From NCBI GenBank assembly GCA_963725865.1, contig CAVSAC010000014.1, positions 576,001 through 640,000 of the forward strand: DNA of 64,000 nucleotides, given 5' to 3'. Both the position numbers and the translations under genes were made by a program. A model generated the notes under the pieces. It was not told the origin of the DNA. It was given only the letters and a program-made list of their open reading frames with translations, and did no database searches. This DNA is from Candidatus Eiseniibacteriota bacterium (GTDB lineage: Bacteria > Eisenbacteria > RBG-16-71-46). Below are positions 23,379 through 33,850 of this stretch, piece by piece (position 1 is the first letter of the stretch; every line of letters starts with the position of its first letter).

Positions 23379-25741
23379 CGGACCACCACGAAGCGCCCGA
23401 TCTGGTGGCCGAGGGCGGAGTCCACGGTGAAGAGGTAGATGCCCGACTCCACCTCCTGCCCGTTGCGCGAGACCAGGTCCCACGCCGCCTGGCCGTCCCC
23501 GCCCGAGGCGTCGTGGTCGAGCTGCGCCACGAAGTCGCCCGCCACCGTCCACACCTTGATCACGCAGCGCGCTCGTGGCAGGCCCATGAAGTCGATGTGA
23601 CGCGTGAGGCGATCCCCGTCGACCGGCGGCAGGTCCCAGTCGGCGTGCGCGCGGAACGGGTTGGGGACCACCCACACCTGGCCCGCCCGCGTCCGGGCGG
23701 ACGCGTGCGGAACCACCGCGCGATCGGCGCTGGCGACGAGCGGGCTTTCCAGCACGCGCCGGGTCGGCGTGCCGTTCGGCGCCCGAGTCACCAGCTCGTA
23801 CACGCTCGTGATCGTGTACAGGTAGGGGAAGCCGTCGAGCACGGTGCTGTCGCGCACCGCGTAGCGGCCGATCGGGTAGAGCTTCTGCTCGTACAGGATG
23901 CGCTCGTAGTCGAGCGTGGTGTCCGTGATGGTCGACAGCAGCACTTCGCTGTTCGCGGTCGAGCGGGCATAGGCGTTCATCAGCGCCCAGTGTTCGGGCG
24001 GCGGCACCAGCGAGAGCCGCCCGCCCCAGTCGGCGATGCGGTAGAGCCGGTAGCCGAGGAACCGCGATTCCCGCGTGCCCAGCTGTCCACCGGCGATCAG
24101 CACCTCGGGGCGGTTGTCCCACGCGACGTCCACCCAGTGATCGCCCGGCGTCACGCGGAAGCGCGGCGGCGGTGGCACCTCGCCCGGGTCGAGCCAGCGC
24201 AGCACCGTCTCGCGGCCGTCCTTGCCCGTGCACTCGTCGCAGTCGGCGTCGGTCCACACGCAATGCCCCGGCTGGTAGAGCGTGCGGGTCTCGGGCGCCG
24301 GACTCTCGCCCCGCGCCTTGCCCGGACAGTGCGGGTCGGCGTAGAAGCTCACGCCCGGCGGCGGCTCGAGACACACCTCGTGACCGTTGATCCCGCTCAC
24401 GCCCTCATTCCAGTCGGTCGGAAACGCGCCGGTCGAGTCGGGAACGAGGTTCAGCGTGGTGCCGTGCTGGATCACCGCGGCGTTGCCCAGCGCGACCGCC
24501 AGGCTCTCCCGGTCCGCGCCCGCCACCAGCGCCATCGAGACGTCGATCGACTCTCCGGGGGCGAGCCGCGGGAACGGGCCGCACGAGACCAGCACCACCC
24601 AGTCCGCGAGCCCATCGCCGCTCGCGCCCACGGCGCGGCCGGCGAGCGCGTCGTAGCGTTGCGGGTCCACGGTCGGCAGGCCACCGTAGCCCGGCACCGC
24701 GTCGCGCCGGAACGCCACGCTGCGGAACGACACGTGCCCCGGCGCGCGGGCATAGGACTGCAACGGCCCGAAGATCGCGTAGGGATCGATGGTGTGGTCG
24801 AGCCCCACGAGCGCTCCCATCGGCAGCCCGGAGCCATCGACACCGTCGCGCACGACCGGCACGGTCTGGGCCAGGTCGTCGATGCAGCTGATGGTCGGCG
24901 GATCCTGGGGGGTGCCACTCGAGATCGTCACGAACGAGGTACCGCGGTTGACCTGGCGATCGAACGTGATGTGGTCGAGCCGGTCGTCCAGATGGCCGCG
25001 GCGGTCGGAGCGCACCCGCGAGTCGAGGTCGGCGAGGACCCCCACGTACAGCTGTCTCAGCGTCTGCGCGCCGTGGTTGGTGATGTGGAAGGTCACGGCC
25101 GCGATGCCGTCCGCGCCCGCCACCGACCACGCGTAGGCCTCCTGGTGGACGGAGAGCCCCAGCGGCACGTGGCGCTCGCCGTTGTCGTAGACGTAGTTCA
25201 CGGCCTCCGGGCGGTCGTCCACGTAGTCGGCCGCGGCCATCTGCTGAGCGAACATGCCGAGGTCCTCGTCGATCTCGCCGTCGCCGTCGTCGTCCCGGTC
25301 GTTCAGGATCTCCTCGTCGACCCGCCCGTCGTGGTCGTCGTCGACCATTCGGAGCGCTCCCAGCCGGTCGCGCCACGCCGTGCGCACGTGATCCGCGGGG
25401 TCCAGCGTGGGCCGGAACTCGAGCATCGGGCCGCCCGAGACGTGGGGCACCGCGTCGCCGTCGAGCGCCCCGACCCACAGCTCGGCGTGGTTGAGCAGCT
25501 CGACTCCGGAGCCGCGCGGGAACTCGAACGAGGGATCGAAGCAGCGTCCCGCGTCGAAGAACGCGTTGCCGAGCAGCCCGGCGTTGGTCACCCGCATCGC
25601 GAAGCGGCCGGCCTCCAGCCGTGGCCCCCGGTCCTCGATGTCGAGCACCGCGCGGGCCGGGCGCGGCAGGAGCCAGCCCAGGATGGCGAGGCAGGGCAGC
25701 AGGCGAAGGACGAGTAGGGCGCGATGCGGGAGGCGGATCAC
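23375..25741 (-). CDS. large secreted protein with DxDxDG Ca-binding-like repeats and FlgD/T9SS-like C-terminal domain
   Basis: Signal peptide ending ARA; DDDHDGRVDEE/DDDGDGEIDED; tail VVPNPF...IKVWTVAGD...WDLVSRNGQEVESGIY...GRFVVVR. Confidence 0.75.
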   Translation of the reverse strand: MIRLPHRALLVLRLLPCLAILGWLLPRPARAVLDIEDRGPRLEAGRFAMRVTNAGLLGNAFFDAGRCFDPSFEFPRGSGVELLNHAELWVGALDGDAVPHVSGGPMLEFRPTLDPADHVRTAWRDRLGALRMVDDDHDGRVDEEILNDRDDDGDGEIDEDLGMFAQQMAAADYVDDRPEAVNYVYDNGERHVPLGLSVHQEAYAWSVAGADGIAAVTFHITNHGAQTLRQLYVGVLADLDSRVRSDRRGHLDDRLDHITFDRQVNRGTSFVTISSGTPQDPPTISCIDDLAQTVPVVRDGVDGSGLPMGALVGLDHTIDPYAIFGPLQSYARAPGHVSFRSVAFRRDAVPGYGGLPTVDPQRYDALAGRAVGASGDGLADWVVLVSCGPFPRLAPGESIDVSMALVAGADRESLAVALGNAAVIQHGTTLNLVPDSTGAFPTDWNEGVSGINGHEVCLEPPPGVSFYADPHCPGKARGESPAPETRTLYQPGHCVWTDADCDECTGKDGRETVLRWLDPGEVPPPPRFRVTPGDHWVDVAWDNRPEVLIAGGQLGTRESRFLGYRLYRIADWGGRLSLVPPPEHWALMNAYARSTANSEVLLSTITDTTLDYERILYEQKLYPIGRYAVRDSTVLDGFPYLYTITSVYELVTRAPNGTPTRRVLESPLVASADRAVVPHASARTRAGQVWVVPNPFRAHADWDLPPVDGDRLTRHIDFMGLPRARCVIKVWTVAGDFVAQLDHDASGGDGQAAWDLVSRNGQEVESGIYLFTVDSALGHQIGRFVVVR

Positions 25742-25999
25742 GGGCTCGGGCGGTACCTCGGGGAAAAGTGTGGGACCGAGTATAGACGCGCGGCCGCGGG
25801 ACGACCGCATCGGACCGCCGACAGGGGCCGGGCACCGCCAGCGGACCGCTCGGGATGGCGGCCGGCGACGGCCGCTCGCGCCCTCGGGGCGTGCCCGGAC
25901 GGGGCCCGCATCGGGGTTTGGAAGCGGAGGCACCGGGCGCCTAGAATGCCCCGGCGGCCCCCCAGGGTGCGGCGAGTGGTTCGATGGGAGGGGTTTGGG

Positions 26000-26191
26000 A
26001 TGGAAGCCGGTTTCCCCGAGTGCCGGAAGTGCAAGGACGGCGTGTTGCTCCCGCTCTCCGACTACGGTCGGGACGGAGCGCCGATCACCTACAAGGCGTG
26101 GGTCTGCAGCAATCCGGCTTGTGGCTACAACGTGCGCATCGACAACGGCGAGATCAGCCTCGGGCGCACCATCGGGCTCTCGACCAAGTAG
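26000..26191 (+). CDS. small zinc-ribbon-like protein (63 aa)
   Basis: CRKC...WVCSNPAC; purine-rich upstream sequence; high GC3. Confidence 0.7.
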   Translation: MEAGFPECRKCKDGVLLPLSDYGRDGAPITYKAWVCSNPACGYNVRIDNGEISLGRTIGLSTK

Positions 26192-26255
26192 GCCGACCGC
26201 TCACCGCAGCACCGCGCCGAGCGCGCGGACCGACGAGGCCCTGGAGATCCAGCGA

Positions 26256-26972
26256 TTGATCCGCGCGATCGTCTTCGACGTCGATAACACGCTCGTCGAC
26301 TTCATGAAGATGAAGCGCGACGCGATCACCGCGGCGATCGACGGCATGATCGACGCTGGCCTGCGACTTCCACGCGAGACGGTGCGCCAGCGCATCGACG
26401 CGATCTACCGCGAGAAGGGCCTCGAGTACCAGCTGGTCTTCAACGACCTGCTCGGAAGCGAGGACGGCGGCATCGACCCGCGCATCCTGGCGTCCGGCAT
26501 CCTGGCTTACCGCCGCGCGCGCGAGTCGGCGCTGGTGCTCTATCCGCACATCCAGCTCACGCTGATCGAGCTGCTCAAGCGCGGGATCCGGCTCGGCGTG
26601 GTGTCGGACGCGCCGCGCGAGCAGGTGTGGCTGCGCCTGTGCTCGCTGTCGCTCCAGCACGTCTTCGACGCGGTCGTGACGTTCGACGACACCGGCGAAC
26701 GCAAGCCGAGCCCCGCGCCGTTCCGCGAGGTGCTGAGCCAGCTGGGCGTGGAACCCCACGAGGCGTTCATGGTCGGCGACTGGGCCGAGCGCGACGTGGT
26801 CGGGGGCAGGAACCTCGGGATGAAGACCGTGTTCGCGCGCTACGGGGACGAGTTCGGCACCGTGGAGTCGGGCGCGGACTACGACATCGAGGACCCGATG
26901 GCGCTGGTCGCCATCGTGGATTCACTGAACGGCCCGCCGGCGGTACGGGCGGGCGGGAGCGTCGCGCGCTGA
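26256..26972 (+). CDS. HAD-superfamily hydrolase
   Basis: FDVDNT motif I, VVSD, RKPSP, MVGDWAERDVVG; TTG start after GGAG. Confidence 0.88.
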   Translation: MIRAIVFDVDNTLVDFMKMKRDAITAAIDGMIDAGLRLPRETVRQRIDAIYREKGLEYQLVFNDLLGSEDGGIDPRILASGILAYRRARESALVLYPHIQLTLIELLKRGIRLGVVSDAPREQVWLRLCSLSLQHVFDAVVTFDDTGERKPSPAPFREVLSQLGVEPHEAFMVGDWAERDVVGGRNLGMKTVFARYGDEFGTVESGADYDIEDPMALVAIVDSLNGPPAVRAGGSVAR

Positions 26973-27009
26973 GCGGCGCTTCACCGCGAGACTCCAACCG
27001 GGAGGACGC

Positions 27010-27348
27010 ATGGCGGAAGGCAAGGTGAAGTCGGCGAAGGTGAAGGTGTTCCCACCTCCCGACCCGAAGAGCGTGGACGGCAAGTTCCACGTCTACGTGT
27101 ATGACGTGTTCAACAAGACGTTCCTGCCCGGCAAACTGTTCGAGACCGTCGAGCGCGCGGTGCAGTTCCAGCGCCAGGAACAGGAGCGCATCTACCTCGT
27201 GCAGGAAGCCGATCCCGAGCTCTTCGACCTGCCCTTCATCTCCGCGGACCCCGGTCTGCTGACCCGGGTCACCACCGATGCCGCTTACCGTGACACGCTG
27301 GTGCGCGAACTGACCACGGACGCCCGCGCGCGAGCACGCCGGCGCTGA
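27010..27348 (+). CDS. hypothetical protein
   Basis: RBS GGAGG, coding-like codon bias, no recognised motif. Confidence 0.7.
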   Translation: MAEGKVKSAKVKVFPPPDPKSVDGKFHVYVYDVFNKTFLPGKLFETVERAVQFQRQEQERIYLVQEADPELFDLPFISADPGLLTRVTTDAAYRDTLVRELTTDARARARRR

Positions 27349-27355
27349 GCCGCGC

Positions 27356-28174
27356 ATGGAGCTGGCACTCGCGATCGCCGTGGTGCTGAGCGTCGCGGTT
27401 CCCGCCGCCGCCGGGCCGCGGGTCCCCGGCCTCGCGCTGCGCTTCGGCGATTCGCTGGCGCGCGTGGACTCCACGGGCAACTGGACGACGCCCGCGCGCC
27501 ACCCCGGCACCGACGAGGTGCGGACGTCGCCCTCGCGGTTCTTCGGCGTGCCGGGCGACCTCACGCTCCACTTCGCGGACGGCCGCCTGGTGCGGGCCGA
27601 GGCCGTGGTGAAGGACCCGTCTCCGCACGATCGCGACTACGTCCGCGACGAGCTGCGGCGCATGGGCCTGCGCGCCGTGTGCGAGGTGGACGAGCCGGAC
27701 CACAGCCGCTGCGTCTGGAGCGGCCGGGCGATCGTGACGCTCGACCTCACGCCGGCGAAACTGCAGGCGACCATGCAGCTCGCACCCGATCCCGCAGCCG
27801 CGCGTGCGGCGGCGGCGCCGGGCACGGTGCACGCCGCGGCTGCCGCGCCACCGCCGCTGGCCGGGCCGCCGCCGGCCTTCGTGCTCGACGATTCCGCCGC
27901 CGCCGCGCCCTTCCCGGTCCCCGAGGTGGTGCATCGCGAGGAGCCCGTCTACCCCGCCGGCGCCCGCAAGGCCGGCGTGATGGGGCGCGTGCGCGTGCGT
28001 GCGCTGGTCGACTCCACCGGCGCCGTCAGCGCGACCGAGATCGCACGCAGCATTCCACTGCTCGACGCCGCCGCGAGCGCGTGCGTGCGCCGCTGGCGCT
28101 TCCGGCCCTACCAGCTCGACGGCCGCGCCTGGGCCTTCCGGATCGAGGTCCCGATCCTGTTCACGCTGCGCTGA
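27356..28174 (+). CDS. TonB C-terminal domain protein
   Basis: Signal peptide, Pro/Ala linker, PVYPAGARKAGVMGRVRVRALVD...LDAAA...WRFRP. Confidence 0.8.
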   Translation: MELALAIAVVLSVAVPAAAGPRVPGLALRFGDSLARVDSTGNWTTPARHPGTDEVRTSPSRFFGVPGDLTLHFADGRLVRAEAVVKDPSPHDRDYVRDELRRMGLRAVCEVDEPDHSRCVWSGRAIVTLDLTPAKLQATMQLAPDPAAARAAAAPGTVHAAAAAPPPLAGPPPAFVLDDSAAAAPFPVPEVVHREEPVYPAGARKAGVMGRVRVRALVDSTGAVSATEIARSIPLLDAAASACVRRWRFRPYQLDGRAWAFRIEVPILFTLR

Positions 28175-29778
28175 TGGCCATGCTCCTGCTCACCGCCGAG
28201 GAGATGCGCGCGCTCGACCGCCTGACGATCGACGGCGGGCATGCGAACGGCGAGGCGCTCATGGAGCGCGCGGGCGCCGGCGTGGTGCGCGCGATGGAGC
28301 GGCGCTACGGGCCGCTGCTGGGCTACCGCGTGCTGGTGTTGTGCGGCACCGGCAACAACGGCGGCGACGGCTTCGTGGCCGCGCGCCTGCTGCGCGCGCG
28401 CGGCGCCGTGCCGCACGTGGTGCTGCTCGGCGACCCGGAGAAGGTGACGGGCGACGCGCGCGCTCCGTTCGACGCGCTGCAGGCGGCGGGGATCGCGCCC
28501 GCGATCGCGCGCACCGCGGACGAGCTGGCGCGCGCGAGTTCCACTCGCGACCGCTGGGACTTCGCGCTCGATGCGCTGCTGGGCACCGGCGCCCGCGGAG
28601 CGCCGACCGGGCTGATGGCGGACGGGGTCGAGCGGCTGCGCGTGCTCGACGACGCCGGCACCGAGGTCGTGGCGGTGGACCTGCCCACCGGGCTCGACGC
28701 CGATACCGGCGCGATCGCCCGGCGCACCGTCCGCGCCGACCTCACGGTGACGTTCGGACACCCCAAGCGCGGCCACTGGCTCTACCCCGGGCGCGCGTTC
28801 TGCGGGGCGCTCGAGGTGGTGGACATCGGACTGCTGCCCGCGCCCGACGATCCGACGCGCTGGCGCGTGGAGTTGGCGACCGCGGACGCGATGGCGCGCC
28901 TGGTGCCGGCGCGCGACCCGCGCGCGCACAAGAACTCGGTGGGCCGCGTGCTCGTGATCGGCGGCTCGCCCGGGCTCACCGGCGCGGTGGTGCTGGCCGC
29001 CCGCGCCGCGACGCGCTCCGGCGCCGGCACCGTGCGGGTCGCGGTGCCGTCCTCGATGCACGACCTGTTCGAGCTCAAGCTCACCGAGGAGATGACCCTC
29101 CCCTGTCCCGAGTCCCCGGCCCGCACGCTGTCGGCCTTCGCGCACGCGCCGGTGCGCGCGGCGCTCGACGCCGTGGACGCCGCGGTGCTGGGCTCCGGAC
29201 TCTCGCGCCACGCGGGCGCGGGCGCGCTCGCGCTCGCGCTCGCTGGCGAGCCCGGCCCGCCGCTCGTGATCGACGCCGACGCGCTCAACGCGCTGGCCGC
29301 CGCCGCCGCGGCCGCGAGCCCCGCCGGCGCCGCGCCGCGCGTGCTGACTCCGCACCTCGGCGAGATGGCGCGCCTCACCGGCCTGGACGCCGCGACGCTC
29401 GAGGCCACGCGCATCGACGCCGCGCGCACGTGGGCGCGGGCGTGGGACGCGGTGCTGGTGCTCAAGGGTGCCCCCACCGTCACGGCCGCGCCCGACGGCC
29501 GCGCCACCGTGAACGCATCCGGGAATCCCGGCATGGCCACCGCCGGCGCGGGCGACGTGCTCGCGGGTGCCATCGCCGCGCTGGCGGCGCAGGGGCTCGC
29601 GCCGTACGACGCGGCGCGCCTGGGCGCGTTCGTGCACGGCGCGGCCGGCGACACCGTCGCGGCGGCGCGCGGCCAGCACGGCCTCAGCGCGGGCGACCTG
29701 GTCGCGGCGCTGCCGGAGGCACTGCACGCGCTCGCGACCCGGCGCGATGCGAGCGAGCGTCCGGGGCCGGCTCGCTGA
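28174..29778 (+). CDS. nnr: bifunctional NAD(P)HX epimerase/dehydratase
   Basis: LMERAG, CGTGNNGGDG, DALLGTG, VDLPTG, IDADAL, LTPHLGEM, GMATAGAGDVLAG. Confidence 0.93.
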   Translation: MAMLLLTAEEMRALDRLTIDGGHANGEALMERAGAGVVRAMERRYGPLLGYRVLVLCGTGNNGGDGFVAARLLRARGAVPHVVLLGDPEKVTGDARAPFDALQAAGIAPAIARTADELARASSTRDRWDFALDALLGTGARGAPTGLMADGVERLRVLDDAGTEVVAVDLPTGLDADTGAIARRTVRADLTVTFGHPKRGHWLYPGRAFCGALEVVDIGLLPAPDDPTRWRVELATADAMARLVPARDPRAHKNSVGRVLVIGGSPGLTGAVVLAARAATRSGAGTVRVAVPSSMHDLFELKLTEEMTLPCPESPARTLSAFAHAPVRAALDAVDAAVLGSGLSRHAGAGALALALAGEPGPPLVIDADALNALAAAAAAASPAGAAPRVLTPHLGEMARLTGLDAATLEATRIDAARTWARAWDAVLVLKGAPTVTAAPDGRATVNASGNPGMATAGAGDVLAGAIAALAAQGLAPYDAARLGAFVHGAAGDTVAAARGQHGLSAGDLVAALPEALHALATRRDASERPGPAR

Positions 29779-29851
29779 CCGCCGGCTCGCGACGCCGAGG
29801 CCCGCCCCGCGCAAGCGGAGCGGGCCTCGGCGTCGCGGGTGCGAGCGGGCT

Positions 29852-30175
29852 CTACAGGTGCGGCTTCAGGCGGTTCAGCAGCGCCGCCTTCGGCATCGCC
29901 CCGACCACGCGCTCCACCGGCTGGCCGTCCTTGAACAGCAGCAGCGTGGGAATGCTCATCACCTGGTAGCGCAGTGCCGTCTCGCCGCTCTCGTCGGTGT
30001 CGACCTTGACCACCTTCAGCTTGCCCGCGTACTCGCCGGCGATCTCGTCCACCACCGGCGCGATCGCGCGGCACGGCCCGCACCACGCGGCCCAGAAGTC
30101 CACCAGCACCGGCACGGGGGACTTGAGCACCTCGGTATCGAACGTCTGGTCGGTTACGGCCGCAGCTTGCGACAT
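29852..30175 (-). CDS. trxA: thioredoxin
   Basis: [16 protein letters not shown]. Confidence 0.95.
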   Translation of the reverse strand: MSQAAAVTDQTFDTEVLKSPVPVLVDFWAAWCGPCRAIAPVVDEIAGEYAGKLKVVKVDTDESGETALRYQVMSIPTLLLFKDGQPVERVVGAMPKAALLNRLKPHL

Positions 30176-30346
30176 GGAACAACCTCCTCATCGACGACAG
30201 ACCTGTGCGATGTGCGCCCCTTCGGATGACCGAGGGACTGCAGCGATGCGGGCGCTTCCGAAGTCACCGCAGAATAGGTAAGGTGTTTGGGAACCGTCAA
30301 CCACTCCCGCGCGCCCCGGACGCGCACGCGTCCCCGCAGGGCCACC

Positions 30347-31045
30347 ATGATCCCGCTCCGCGACGAGAATCCTTCCCGCACCACGCCGGTCGTGACGCGC
30401 GCGATCATCGCGGCAAACGTCGCCGTGTTCCTGTGGCAGCTGATCCTGGGGCCCGACGCGCGCGCGTGGATGTTCGAGCACGGGCTGGTGCCCGCGCGGC
30501 TGGTGCTCGGCCTGCGCGGCGAGCTGGGCGGGCCCGCGCCCGCGCTGCTCACCGTGCTCACCTCGATGTTCATGCACGGCGGCTGGGCGCACCTGATCGG
30601 GAATCTCTGGTACCTGTTCATATTCGGCGACAACGTCGAGGACCGGCTGGGCCACGTCGGCTACGCGGCCTTCTATCTCGCGGCCGGCGCCACCGCGGCC
30701 GGCGCGCACGTGCTCTCGTCGCTCGACTCGCCGGTGCCGACGGTGGGTGCCAGCGGCGCGATCGCCGGCGTGCTCGGCGCGTACCTGGTGGCGTTCCCGC
30801 GCGCCCGTGTCGTCACGCTGGTGCCGCTGATCGTGGTCTTCCAGGTGGTGGCGCTGCCCGCGGTGCTGGTGCTCGGCCTGTGGCTGGTGTTCCAGTTCGT
30901 CCTCGGCACCCTCGCGCTGGGCATGGGCGGCGCCGGCGGCGGGGTCGCGTGGTGGGCGCACATCGGCGGCTTCGGGTTCGGCGTGGTCACCATGGCGATC
31001 GCGCAGCGCCGCTCGCCGCCGTCGCGCGCCTGGGTCCCGGACTGA
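30347..31045 (+). CDS. rhomboid family intramembrane serine protease
   Basis: MIPLRD, HGGWAHLIGN, GASGAI, AHIGG. Confidence 0.92.
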   Translation: MIPLRDENPSRTTPVVTRAIIAANVAVFLWQLILGPDARAWMFEHGLVPARLVLGLRGELGGPAPALLTVLTSMFMHGGWAHLIGNLWYLFIFGDNVEDRLGHVGYAAFYLAAGATAAGAHVLSSLDSPVPTVGASGAIAGVLGAYLVAFPRARVVTLVPLIVVFQVVALPAVLVLGLWLVFQFVLGTLALGMGGAGGGVAWWAHIGGFGFGVVTMAIAQRRSPPSRAWVPD

Positions 31046-31169
31046 GTCGCGCAGCCCCGGCGCCCGCGGCCCGCGCGCCCGCACCCCGCTTTCCGCGCGC
31101 CCGCGCGATGGACTAGCATGGCCGTCCCGCCGCGCAGCGATCCCCCGCGGGCGGAGGTGGAGGAATCTC

Positions 31170-32396
31170 GTGCGACGCGATCTCGATCGACTCATGCAGC
31201 AGCGTGGCCTCGCCGGGCTCGTGGTGCTGGCCCACGACCACTACACGGCGGCGATGCACTACACCACCGGACAGAAGATCGTCCACGGGGTGTACTTCCG
31301 CGCGGCGGATGGCCGCGCGCATCTCATCCACGATCCGATGGAGCGCGACCAGGCCGCGAAAGTCGGGTGCGAGATCTCGGGCTTCCCGCAGCACGGATTC
31401 GTCGCCATGGTCGAGCAGGAGGGCGGCCAGGCGCGGGCGCTCGGCCGGCTGATCGGCGAGACCTGCGGGACCCTCGGCATCCGCGGGTCGATCGCGTTGT
31501 TCGGCGAGACCGGGCTGGCGACCGCCTGGCAGCTGGTGGGCCGCGCGCTCGAAGCGAACCCCGAGCTGAAGGTGGACACCTCGCAGCCCGACATCCTGTC
31601 GCTCGCACGCGCCACCAAGGACGAGGACGAGATCGCCGCCATCCGCCGCGCCTCGATCGGCACCGTGGCCGCGATGAAGGCGGTGCGCGACACGCTGGCG
31701 GCGCTGCGCCGCGACGGTGACGGCTTCCGCGCGCCCGGCATCGAGGGTCCGGTCAGGCTCGGGGACCTGCGGCGCGCCGTGCACCGCGTGTTCGCCGAGC
31801 ACAGGCTGGCCGAGGACGGCGAGAGCATCATCGCGCAGGGCCGCGACGCCGGCGTGCCCCACAACCGCGGCAACGATGACGAGCCGGTGCGCGCAGGCGC
31901 GAGCATCATCGTCGACCTGTTCCCGGGCGAGGCGGGCGGCGGCTACCACAGCGACATGACCCGCACGTTCTGCGTCGGCAAGGCGCCCGATCCACTCAAG
32001 CGCATCTACGACGAGACGCTGGGCGCGTATCACGCCGCGATGGCCGCCTACAAGGTCGGCGAGCGCTGCCGCTTCTACCAGGACCTCGTGTGCGAGCGCT
32101 TCGAGAAGGCCGGACACGCGACGCGGCGCACCAACGACGCGGTGAGCGAGGGCTACGTGCACAACCTCGGCCACGGCATCGGCCTCTCGGTGCACGAGGC
32201 GCCGCTGCTCGGCGGCGCGGTGTCGAACCCGCAGATTCTCGAGGCCGCGAGCGCGATCACGGTGGAGCCGGGGCTCTACTACCCCTCGCGCGGCATGGGG
32301 GTGCGGGTCGAGGACCTGATCATCGCGCGCGCGGACGGGAAGCACGAGAACCTCACGCCGTTCCCCTACGACCTCGAGATCGAGCCGCGCGGGTGA
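31170..32396 (+). CDS. M24 family (Xaa-Pro) aminopeptidase
   Basis: VDLFP, YHSDMTRT, HNLGHGIGLSVHE, TVEPGLY, GVRVED. Confidence 0.9.
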   Translation: MRRDLDRLMQQRGLAGLVVLAHDHYTAAMHYTTGQKIVHGVYFRAADGRAHLIHDPMERDQAAKVGCEISGFPQHGFVAMVEQEGGQARALGRLIGETCGTLGIRGSIALFGETGLATAWQLVGRALEANPELKVDTSQPDILSLARATKDEDEIAAIRRASIGTVAAMKAVRDTLAALRRDGDGFRAPGIEGPVRLGDLRRAVHRVFAEHRLAEDGESIIAQGRDAGVPHNRGNDDEPVRAGASIIVDLFPGEAGGGYHSDMTRTFCVGKAPDPLKRIYDETLGAYHAAMAAYKVGERCRFYQDLVCERFEKAGHATRRTNDAVSEGYVHNLGHGIGLSVHEAPLLGGAVSNPQILEAASAITVEPGLYYPSRGMGVRVEDLIIARADGKHENLTPFPYDLEIEPRG

Positions 32397-33517
32397 AGCG
32401 ACCGCACGAGGTGGTGAATCCCCCGCGCGCCGAGCGCGCCGTGCTGGTGGGCCACGCGTACCGCGAGGGCGCGGGGCTGCCACGCTCGATGGAGGAGCTG
32501 GCGCGACTGGCCGACACCGCGGGCGCCAAGGTGAAGGGCACGCTCACGCAGAGTCGCGGGCGCTTCCACGCCGCCACGTTCATCGGCAAGGGCAAGCTCG
32601 AGGAGCTGAAGGCCCTGGTCGCCGACACCGAGGCCGACGTCGCGATCTTCAACGACGACCTCGCGCCGCCGCAGATGCGCAACCTCGAGAAGGCGCTCGG
32701 TGTGAAGGTGATCGACCGCTCCGAGATCATCCTCGACATCTTCGCCCGCCGCGCGCGCACGCGGGAGGCGCGGCTGCAGGTGGAGCTGGCGCAGCTCGAG
32801 TACACGCTGCCGCGGCTGACCGGCATGTGGAAGCACCTCGAGCGGCAGGCCGGCGGGATCGGCACTCGCGGCCCCGGCGAGACCCAGCTCGAGACCGACC
32901 GCCGGCTGGTGCGCGAGCGCATCGCGCGGCTCAAGCGGGCGCTCGAGGCGGTCGAGCGCGAGCGCGAGACTCAGCGGCGCTCGCGGCGCCGCGAGTTCCG
33001 CGCCGCGCTGGTGGGCTACACCAACGCCGGCAAGAGCACCCTGTTCAACGCGCTCACACGCGCGCAGGTGTTCGTGGAGGACCGGCTGTTCGCCACCCTC
33101 GACGCGACCACGCGCCAGATGGTGAGCCCGGACCGCCGCCGCGCGCTGCTCACCGACACCGTGGGCTTCATCCGCAAGCTGCCGCACCACCTGGTCGCGT
33201 CCTTCCACAGCACGCTGGTCGAGGCGATCGAGGCCGACCTGCTGCTGCACGTCGTGGACTGCGCCGACCCCGACATGGACCGCCAGATGCAGGCGGTCGA
33301 GAAGGTGCTCGAGGGCATCCTCACCGAGCCGCGGCCGACCACGCTGGTCTTCAACAAGATCGACCTGCTGCGCGACCCCGATCTGGAAGCCGGCCTGCGC
33401 GCGGCGTACCCGGAGTCGTTCCTGGTCTCGGCCCGCACCGGCGCCGGCCTCGCGGAGCTGCGCGAGGCGCTGTGGGCGCAGGCCGCCGAGCGCGAAGGCG
33501 CACGCGCGCAGCACTGA
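32393..33517 (+). CDS. hflX: GTPase HflX
   Basis: GIGTRGPGETQLETDRR, GYTNAGKS, LFATLD, DTVGFI, NKID; GTGA overlap with upstream gene. Confidence 0.95.
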   Translation: MKRPHEVVNPPRAERAVLVGHAYREGAGLPRSMEELARLADTAGAKVKGTLTQSRGRFHAATFIGKGKLEELKALVADTEADVAIFNDDLAPPQMRNLEKALGVKVIDRSEIILDIFARRARTREARLQVELAQLEYTLPRLTGMWKHLERQAGGIGTRGPGETQLETDRRLVRERIARLKRALEAVERERETQRRSRRREFRAALVGYTNAGKSTLFNALTRAQVFVEDRLFATLDATTRQMVSPDRRRALLTDTVGFIRKLPHHLVASFHSTLVEAIEADLLLHVVDCADPDMDRQMQAVEKVLEGILTEPRPTTLVFNKIDLLRDPDLEAGLRAAYPESFLVSARTGAGLAELREALWAQAAEREGARAQH

Positions 33518-33850
33518 TTCGCGCGGGGCGCGACGCTGCGGCGCCACGCTCGAGGCGATGACTCGTGGCGCATCGGCGTTGGATGCTTGCGATGCAACAG
33601 CGCGATGTGACGATCGAAGAAGATCCCCTTGACACGGTTTTGGGCGTCCCTTGGCGCGCCCCCGCGGTGGCGCGCGAAAGCCGCGCTGGCGTGCGCAGGC
33701 TGCGCGCTCGCGATCGTGGCGCGCGCCTCGCTCGTTCGATTCCATGACGACGCTTGTTTCGGGCTCTCCGCGCACGCACGAGCGCCTGAGACCCGCGTGC
33801 TATACACATGACCTGCCCCCGCGACTGAGTCCCCGTTGCGGAGAAGTGTC

